DNA of 64,000 nucleotides, taken from positions 12,133 to 76,132 of the forward strand of contig JABHOV010000059.1 of NCBI GenBank assembly GCA_018695135.1, read 5' to 3'. The stretch's first letter is position 1. Every line of letters begins with the position of its first letter. Below the pieces are notes generated by a model. The model was not told where the DNA came from and did not search any database. It saw only the letters and a program-made list of their open reading frames with translations. This document shows, piece after piece, positions 57,621-64,000 of the stretch. Origin of the DNA: Candidatus Melainabacteria bacterium (GTDB lineage: Bacteria; Cyanobacteriota; Vampirovibrionia; LMEP-6097). The position numbers were made by a program, and so were the translations under genes.

Positions 57621-57974
57621 ATGAGACACCAAATAAAGAAAAATAGAATGAATAGACCTGCCGATCAGCGTAAAGCTGCTCTAAGGGCTCTTGCAACATG
57701 TTTACTTCGTGAAAAACAAATCAACACTACTATGGCTAACGCCAAAGCAGTTGCTCCTGAAATCGATAGATTGATTGGACTTGCTGTTCGTGGTGATCTT
57801 CACGCTCGTCGCCAAGTTGCTTCTTTTATTTATGATAAAGATGTAGTCAAAGATTTATTTGCCAATATTGCTGAAAGATATAAAGAACGTAAGTCTGGTG
57901 GATTTACACGTATTGTCAAAGATGGTTTCCGTCGTGGTGATAATGCGCCTAAAGCAATCATTCAACTAGTCTAA
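57621..57974 (+). CDS. rplQ: 50S ribosomal protein L17
   Basis: MRHQIKKNRMNRPADQRKAALRAL. Confidence 0.95.
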   Translation: MRHQIKKNRMNRPADQRKAALRALATCLLREKQINTTMANAKAVAPEIDRLIGLAVRGDLHARRQVASFIYDKDVVKDLFANIAERYKERKSGGFTRIVKDGFRRGDNAPKAIIQLV

Positions 57975-58102
57975 AACTTGCTCTGAGAACTCGATAACTT
58001 CGTTACGCTCGCCCTAATAAGTCATCATTGACGGCTCAGTCAACTCAGCCTTATTAGAACTTCGCAAGCCTCGTTCTCGAGACCTCATAGCAAGTTTGGT
58101 AT
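57975..58102. repeat. Family 5 repeat embedded in a nested palindrome (outer AAACTTGCT..AGCAAGTTT, inner CTAATAAG..CTTATTAG) filling the rplQ-GNAT intergenic region
   Basis: Core ATTGACGGCTCAGTCAACTC at 58027-58046. Confidence 0.65.
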
Positions 58103-58109
58103 TCGGGTA

Positions 58110-58682
58110 ATGAAAGTACGAAAACTAACAACAGATTACTTCAACCAAGTACATGATCTGATCAAGTTTTATTCTGAGCGTCGTTTGATGTTGCCACTTA
58201 GTCTTGATGAGCTTTATCATAGAGCGCAGGCTTATCGAATTATTGTAGGGGACAGCGATAGACATCCTGCAAAACAAGGTTTTGCTAGTGATGTCGCCAC
58301 AAAAGAGGTCGGAATCATGCGGAGCATGTGTTCCGCTAAGGGAAATGAGTTAGACCTTGGCAAGAAGCCTATGGGGACAGTCCTTGCTTGCGCTCATCTC
58401 GATATTTTTACACCACAACTCGCTGAAATCAAAAGCCTTGCTGTTATTGAAACGGAGCATGGTAAAGGCTATGGTAAGACTTTAGTCATGGATTGTGAGC
58501 AAGATGCCAAGGCTATTGGTATCAAGAAGCTTTTTGTCTTAACTTACCAACAGGATTTTTTTACTAAGCTCGGTTACCAGGTTGTTGATCGTAATACTTT
58601 GCCTGAGAAGGTCTATAAAGAATGCATCAAATGTAGCTATTTCGATGATTGTAATGAAATTGCGATGGTTAAGAGCCTCTAG
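58110..58682 (+). CDS. GNAT family N-acetyltransferase with in-frame family-1 repeat
   Basis: Acetyl-CoA binding ..EHGKGYGKTLV.. motif A. Confidence 0.75.
   Translation: MKVRKLTTDYFNQVHDLIKFYSERRLMLPLSLDELYHRAQAYRIIVGDSDRHPAKQGFASDVATKEVGIMRSMCSAKGNELDLGKKPMGTVLACAHLDIFTPQLAEIKSLAVIETEHGKGYGKTLVMDCEQDAKAIGIKKLFVLTYQQDFFTKLGYQVVDRNTLPEKVYKECIKCSYFDDCNEIAMVKSL
58255..58370. repeat. Family 1 structured repeat inserted in frame in GNAT ORF (encodes ..DRHPAKQGFASDVATKEVGIMRSMCSAKGNELDLGKKPMG..)
   Basis: Core CCTGCAAAAC-AAG-GTTTTGCTAGTGATGTCGCCACAAAAGAGGTCGGAATCATGCGGAGCATGTGTTCC. Confidence 0.85.
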
Positions 58683-58736
58683 ATAAGAGTGTGATATAAT
58701 GTGTATTAATAGTTCCAGGGACTATTTGGGTGCAGA

Positions 58737-60995
58737 ATGGTTATCAAATTTGACGGTGAATATGCTGATTATGGTGAAGGTTTTGAAAAAACCGGTAATA
58801 GTCGTCGCAAATTTAAAGGAAGTGAAAAGTCTACAGGCAGTCAAAAAAATCGAGAGGGAGATAGAGCATCCAAAAGAGTGTCTCATCGATCTAGTGGAGC
58901 CGCAAAGCAAAGAACTGAACGAGAAATAGAAAGCCATTTTATACAACTAACAAAAACAGCCCAAAAGATATGGAAGCCATTATTGTCCAAAGTTGACAGA
59001 CAGGCAGAGTTTTGGAAGGAGATAGAGGAAGGTCATAGACCTACTAAATTTGAGGCTACTAAAGCATCAGAAAGAGCATTTATTACAGCAGCCAAATATT
59101 CAAAATTCTTTTTGCAAAATCATTCAGGTTTAAATATCAAGAATTTGGGTGCATTGATGAAAGGCTTTGGTGCTTGTTCTTACGATTATGACGCTAGTGA
59201 TCCTAGGCAGTCAACTGAAGTCAGAGCTTTCTTGCATGAGTTAGAGCGGGTTTTGCCAGGTATTAATGAAGTAGATTCGCACAGTTTATCTCATATCATT
59301 TATAGCTTAAGTAATTTGGATAATAGTGATATTCCTAAATCTCTTGTTACAGAGTTGGCGAAGAAAGTTGAAGAATCTCCGGATAACTGGTCTTTGTTAG
59401 ATGTTTCAATGGCGCTTTTTGGTATTAAGACGATAGCAGATGATGAGGTTCAAGATATTTTTAATATGATTGTCTCCAAATTGACTCACCAGTCCAAGCT
59501 AGATATTGATGCAGCAGGTTTGATCAAGGCTATAAAGGATAGACCACCGGCACTTATAAAAGACTTGTCGGATAAATTACAACAGCTCTTGACACAGAGC
59601 GTGTTTAATCAAATGTCTGAAAAGGATTTAGCCAATACTGCTGATGCTATAGCTGGTTTACCTGAATCTGCTTGCCCTGAGTTGTTCCAGCGTGTGTGGT
59701 CACAATGGCAGCGCGTTGAGTCTCCAGCCATATTAGCTTCAATGCTGCATTCATTTACTAAATACAATGACAATACTAGCTGCCAGTATGTCAAAGAGAT
59801 AGCTAACAAGATCAGCGAGGCAGAAAAGAATTTTACGACTATCGATATAGCGAGATGTTTTATAGGCTTGAAAGCAAAAACGTTTTCAGGCATGGATGCT
59901 TTTATTATTGATTTGACACAAGCTTTAAAGAAAGTTGCCCATCAATTAGATCCTAAGAGATTTGGGCAGATTCTTAATGCTTGTCTTTCTTTTTGTCCAA
60001 AGAGTTATGCAGAGTTGTATCAAGTTCTTGCTGATGCCTTAAGCAGCGGCTTGAAGATAAGCATTCCTAGTATTGTATCTTCAGCAATGTTGGGACTTTT
60101 AAAAAAAGATCCAGCAATGGTTGAACCATTATTACAAGAGCTAGAGAAACAACTTGATCAGAATATTAATTCAATGGGATTAGTTGAGATCTCAGATATT
60201 TTTTATGCTTTGACTTATAATACCAGTGCTACTGCAACAAGCATTAGAAGCAAACTTAAGACAAGATTGGAGACTGTAGTTAATGCGAATTTGGGAATGT
60301 CACCGGCAGAGGTTTATAAAGCTCTCTCTAAGATTTGTTATGGCGCACGTTTTGATGATCGACATCTAGCAGTAGCTACTAGTGTATTGTCTACAATGTT
60401 GCAATCAGACCAGGAATTACCTACTGAAGCTATTACATATGCTGCTATTGTAAGTGGTTTGCGCTTGAATCCCTCAAAGCACTCTGCTTTGCTTGATATC
60501 TTAGAGCAAAATCCATTGAATAACAAAGATGATCAAGCCTTGTTATTAAGAGAATTAGTGCTCTTGCAGTTTGCTGGCAAGGGCAAGATTGCTTGTGAGG
60601 AGAAGTTATCAAGCTTGATTTGCAAGCTTCAAGAAGGTTTGGACAATGAGATAGATACTCCAAATATATCAGGATCATCATTTGAAGCTATGGTTTTTGC
60701 TGATTTAACTCGCTTGCAACCTAATCTCAACTTTAGTGCAACTAAGTATGTGGATGGCTTTGAAATGGATATTTATCTACCAGACTTGAAAATAAATCTG
60801 GAAGTTGATGGACCTTATCATAAGCTTGAGCTAGTAAAAAAAGACAATCAAATGCGAGATGATTATTTACAAGAGACTTATGGAATTGAGACTTATAGAG
60901 TAGCTTTAGATTCGGAGGGCAAGATGACAGCGAAGGAAGTAGCTTTGCAGATGGAAAAACATCTACAGACTCGTCTTCGCCGTAGTCAAGCTTAA
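58737..60995 (+). CDS. Large helical-repeat protein with C-terminal RAP-like domain (FASTK-like, eukaryote-type)
   Basis: C-terminal ..FEMDIYLPDLKINLEVDGPYH.. resembles RAP domain core (IEVDGPSHF); basic N-terminus. Confidence 0.45.
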   Translation: MVIKFDGEYADYGEGFEKTGNSRRKFKGSEKSTGSQKNREGDRASKRVSHRSSGAAKQRTEREIESHFIQLTKTAQKIWKPLLSKVDRQAEFWKEIEEGHRPTKFEATKASERAFITAAKYSKFFLQNHSGLNIKNLGALMKGFGACSYDYDASDPRQSTEVRAFLHELERVLPGINEVDSHSLSHIIYSLSNLDNSDIPKSLVTELAKKVEESPDNWSLLDVSMALFGIKTIADDEVQDIFNMIVSKLTHQSKLDIDAAGLIKAIKDRPPALIKDLSDKLQQLLTQSVFNQMSEKDLANTADAIAGLPESACPELFQRVWSQWQRVESPAILASMLHSFTKYNDNTSCQYVKEIANKISEAEKNFTTIDIARCFIGLKAKTFSGMDAFIIDLTQALKKVAHQLDPKRFGQILNACLSFCPKSYAELYQVLADALSSGLKISIPSIVSSAMLGLLKKDPAMVEPLLQELEKQLDQNINSMGLVEISDIFYALTYNTSATATSIRSKLKTRLETVVNANLGMSPAEVYKALSKICYGARFDDRHLAVATSVLSTMLQSDQELPTEAITYAAIVSGLRLNPSKHSALLDILEQNPLNNKDDQALLLRELVLLQFAGKGKIACEEKLSSLICKLQEGLDNEIDTPNISGSSFEAMVFADLTRLQPNLNFSATKYVDGFEMDIYLPDLKINLEVDGPYHKLELVKKDNQMRDDYLQETYGIETYRVALDSEGKMTAKEVALQMEKHLQTRLRRSQA

Positions 60996-60998
60996 TCA

Positions 60999-62216
60999 CT
61001 AGTCAAGTAGTTCATACCTAACAGCTTTCATCACAACCCTCTCTTTAGTACTAGTTTCAACTTTGATATATTGAGACTCTAATTGCCCTTGTTTTAAATC
61101 ATAGTCACCAAGTGGCAGCCAGTAATTACTATCTTTGTTTTGATCAATCATGACGCTGCTCATGCCATGAGCGTGACCTATCATAAATTTGGTTTTGGAA
61201 TTTAGCTCTTTATCAAGATGCGGCCATTTGGCATAAAGTTTGTAGTGTCCAGCTTCTTTGATATAAGGATTCCATCTTAGGCTTTGGTCTTTATTTCTGC
61301 GGAACCATGATTTTTTGCTAATGAGGTAATTTTTTTTATGTTTCCATTTCCCCGCGACTTGGGCTGAGTCAATTTTGTATTCTTGAATAGGATTAAGCTG
61401 CGCTTCACCAGTCCAAACTCTGACATAGTCAACATAGGTATGATCTGGCAGTTCACCAAAATCATCTGTTGCCCAGCCACCCATCTCAGTACTAATAATC
61501 ATATGCATCGGAATATTGGCGATACGTGGATTGCTCCATCTTTCAACTTCTATATCATCAATAAACCAAATCAATAAACCTTCTTGCCAGTATAATCCGA
61601 ATTTGCGATAGCCACCTGGGGCATCATGAGAGATAGCATACCTCGCTCCCATTGATTGGCGAGTTTTTTTGTAACCATCCCAGTGAGCGGCATAGTGGAA
61701 GCTATTTGGCCCCCATTCACTAAGGTGTTCCATGATATCAATTTCCATTCCCTTAGTGCCTTTGATATTGAAAGTAGACCAAGCTTTGGGTACAACCCGG
61801 TTTGGCATTAGCCAAAAAGCAGGCCAAAGTCCGGCACTTTGTGGGAGTTTCATTCTTGCTTCAAAGTAGCCATATTGTTGTGTGAATTTGCCGAAGCTAT
61901 TAATTTGTCCGGAGTGATAGTCTCTTTGAAATCTTTGACCTTTGATGCCAGTGAGCTCATGTTTGCCTTGATTAGAACTAATTATCAGATCGCCATTTGC
62001 TGTTGTGACATTCTCGTCCAAGAAAAAACATATTGAGCCACCAAGGCGTACTCTACCTAGTGGCAAGCTTGTATTCCATTTTTCAGTGTCTAAATGATCA
62101 AAGTCATCAGAGAAACTAAGTTGCCAGTCACCTGGGATTGGTGGTTTGTCATATGACGCTAATGCCGCGAGTGGGCTTAAACAGAGAAGATAAATTAGAA
62201 TTAAAGTATGTCTCAT
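60999..62216 (-). CDS. Secreted glycoside hydrolase family 16 (beta-glucanase/laminarinase-like) with C-terminal extra domain
   Basis: Signal peptide; catalytic GMEIDIMEH (ExDxxE). Confidence 0.8.
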   Translation of the reverse strand: MRHTLILIYLLCLSPLAALASYDKPPIPGDWQLSFSDDFDHLDTEKWNTSLPLGRVRLGGSICFFLDENVTTANGDLIISSNQGKHELTGIKGQRFQRDYHSGQINSFGKFTQQYGYFEARMKLPQSAGLWPAFWLMPNRVVPKAWSTFNIKGTKGMEIDIMEHLSEWGPNSFHYAAHWDGYKKTRQSMGARYAISHDAPGGYRKFGLYWQEGLLIWFIDDIEVERWSNPRIANIPMHMIISTEMGGWATDDFGELPDHTYVDYVRVWTGEAQLNPIQEYKIDSAQVAGKWKHKKNYLISKKSWFRRNKDQSLRWNPYIKEAGHYKLYAKWPHLDKELNSKTKFMIGHAHGMSSVMIDQNKDSNYWLPLGDYDLKQGQLESQYIKVETSTKERVVMKAVRYELLD

Positions 62217-63316
62217 TATTGCAGGGCTTCTACTACTATTCTAAGCTCATCATCAGTTAATTCAGGATAAATTGGTATACAAAGTATAGTTTGGCTTGCT
62301 TTTAATGAATGCGGGAAGTCTTCTGCTTTATGACCGAGATGCTCAAAGAGTTTTTGCATATGCAGCGGTAGTGGATAGTAAATCTCTGAAGAGATCCCTT
62401 TATCTGCCAGTTCTTGTTTGAGCTGGTCTCTATTACTATCAACTGCAATAGTATATTGGTGATAGATATGGCTTGATTGAGGAATGCATTTTGGACTTTG
62501 TGCTCGAGTGATTCCTTGATCGTAGATCTCGGCAATCTCAGCACGCCTTTGGTTCCAGGTGTCTATATGTTTGAGTTTGATTCTCAAAATAGCAGCTTGA
62601 ATTTCATCCATGCGTGAATTGACACCAAGCTCGTCGTGGTAGTAGCGTCTGTCAGAGCCGTGTACCCTGATGCGGCGCAGGCGCTTAGCTAGCTCATCAT
62701 CATTAGTTGTGCACATGCCGGCGTCACCAGCAGCAGAAAGATTTTTGGTTGGGTAGAAACTAAAAGTCCCAATGTCTCCAATTGACCCTACTCGTTTGCC
62801 GTTATACTTGGTTCCAAAAGCTTGAGCGGCATCTTCAATCACTTTGAGATTGTGTTTGCGGGCAACAGCCATGATTTCATCCATCTGCGCAGCTTGACCA
62901 TAGAGGTGCACAAGAATAATAGCTTTGGTTTTGTCCGTGATTTTCTTTTCGATTTCTGCTGGATCGATATTATAAGTCTCTGGATTGATATCGGCAAAAA
63001 CAGTTGACGCGCCAGTTTGCTCAATTGCTTCTGCTGTTGCAGCAAAAGTGAAAGGGGTAGTTATAACTTCATCACCGGCTTTGATATCAAGCGCGAGTAA
63101 TGCAATATAAAGTGCGTCTGAACCATTGGCGCAAGTGATAGCGTGTTTGACTCCAAGAAATTCAGCGGCTTCTTGTTCAAAAGCTTGAACGTTGGGTCCC
63201 ATTACAAAATGTGCAGATCTAAGTACATCTATTACAGCTTGCTCAACTTCGTTTTGAATTTGAGAATATTGCGCTTTAAGATCTAAAAGGGGTATTTTTT
63301 TGGTCGTTGTAGACAT
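62216..63316 (-). CDS. DegT/DnrJ/EryC1/StrS-family sugar aminotransferase
   Basis: PLP-Lys motif [16 protein letters not shown]; N-terminal HFVMGP. Confidence 0.85.
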   Translation of the reverse strand: MSTTTKKIPLLDLKAQYSQIQNEVEQAVIDVLRSAHFVMGPNVQAFEQEAAEFLGVKHAITCANGSDALYIALLALDIKAGDEVITTPFTFAATAEAIEQTGASTVFADINPETYNIDPAEIEKKITDKTKAIILVHLYGQAAQMDEIMAVARKHNLKVIEDAAQAFGTKYNGKRVGSIGDIGTFSFYPTKNLSAAGDAGMCTTNDDELAKRLRRIRVHGSDRRYYHDELGVNSRMDEIQAAILRIKLKHIDTWNQRRAEIAEIYDQGITRAQSPKCIPQSSHIYHQYTIAVDSNRDQLKQELADKGISSEIYYPLPLHMQKLFEHLGHKAEDFPHSLKASQTILCIPIYPELTDDELRIVVEALQ

Positions 63317-63459
63317 AAGATATTTAAATCCGGATGTGAACCTGATCTTGATTCAAGATTGTCAAATGCAAGGCTTGCGAGCCCGAAGGGTTTACTCGAA
63401 GTTTATTTTCATAAACGAGGGTGAGCAAAACACAGCAGTTGGCGATATTGGATTAAGAT

Positions 63460-63555
63460 CTATGCTGCTTTAGCTTTTTTGGCCTTACGCTTAGCTACCT
63501 TGGCTGCTCTTTTTACGCCACGTTGTTGTTTGTCTGGGTTGATTTTTTTACTCAT
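63460..63555 (-). CDS. Possible 31-aa highly basic small protein MSKKINPDKQQRGVKRAAKVAKRKAKKAKAA
   Basis: ATG with AAGGA 3 nt upstream; below ORF-track cutoff. Confidence 0.2.
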   Translation of the reverse strand: MSKKINPDKQQRGVKRAAKVAKRKAKKAKAA

Positions 63556-63632
63556 TTCCTTGCTCCAAGACTGTCAATACTAGCATATAAGATATCCATT
63601 ATGTAGCACGGATCTTTGCTAGAATTGGACTA

Positions 63633-63962
63633 ATGAAAACAGACTGTAATGAGCATAGTTCTTGCCCTTCAACGGCTTTGAAGGCCGTAGAACTTGAAGA
63701 ATATAAAGTAAAAATAAACAAGAATTGGCAATTAATGGATACAGAGCCTCAGCAGCTTGTTAGGGATTTTGAGTTTGATACTTACCTGGCTGGTTTTGAT
63801 TTTGCAAACCAAGTTGCCCAAATTGCTGAAGAATTGAATCATCACCCTAATATGATTTTAGGTTTTAAAAAAGTCCGAGTAGAGTATTATACTCATAATG
63901 CTGGTGGTTTGACTGAGATGGATTTTGATTCAGCTGCTAGAATAGATTTATTACTGGACTAG
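63633..63962 (+). CDS. Pterin-4a-carbinolamine dehydratase
   Basis: HHPNMILGFKKVRVEYYTHNAGGLTEMD signature. Confidence 0.85.
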   Translation: MKTDCNEHSSCPSTALKAVELEEYKVKINKNWQLMDTEPQQLVRDFEFDTYLAGFDFANQVAQIAEELNHHPNMILGFKKVRVEYYTHNAGGLTEMDFDSAARIDLLLD

Positions 63963-64000
63963 GTGCAGTAATTTCCCCCTCCCTTTTTAGGGCCTGTAAC

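Noticed and set aside
58699-58946. 76-aa and 74-aa ORFs overlapping the start of the RAP-like gene.
   Set aside because: They overlap a much longer coherent ORF and are probably frame artefacts.
1-64000. Search for tRNA, rRNA, tmRNA, RNase P and SRP RNA signatures (GTTCGAATC-type T-loops, GGAAGCAG, AAGTCCGG) and CRISPR-like spaced direct repeats.
   Set aside because: None found in intergenic regions by eye. The repeats present are palindromic or dispersed, not arrays.

Overview
The window is AT-rich, dense bacterial chromosomal DNA with Gram-negative-type gene content (RND pump, lipoproteins, Tat, O-antigen ligase). It has no rRNA, tRNA or CRISPR that I could see. Core genes include ruvB (partial), pdxJ, mgtE, cdsA, nrdB, ffh, ftsZ, tatA, rnhB, pheA, ftsI-like PBP, murC, rpsT, map, and a ribosomal cluster infA-rpmJ-rpsM-rpsK-rpoA-rplQ with no rpsD. 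Also present are a stand-alone nuoL/ndhF-type gene, GGT, an RND efflux pair, and a GatD-like amidotransferase-GlcE-GlcF operon. There is a Fic protein, a RelBE-like toxin-antitoxin pair, a GH16 hydrolase, a DegT aminotransferase and many unannotatable, probably secreted proteins, including a eukaryote-like RAP/FASTK-like protein. A MqnE/MqnC-like radical SAM enzyme and a MqnB-like nucleosidase hint at the futalosine menaquinone route. The most unusual signal is at least six families of short palindromic or structured dispersed repeats. Two of these families are inserted IN FRAME inside housekeeping ORFs (Fic, GNAT, GlcF twice, MurC twice, RND adaptor), with compensatory changes that preserve hairpins. 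This is the behaviour known for Rickettsia palindromic elements, but the gene order here is not Rickettsia-like. Several six-frame ORF starts are over-extended into these elements and I have corrected them. I could not run searches or compute statistics, so family assignments rest on recognisable motifs, and GC content and repeat copy numbers are by-eye only. Lineage is not resolvable from this window.
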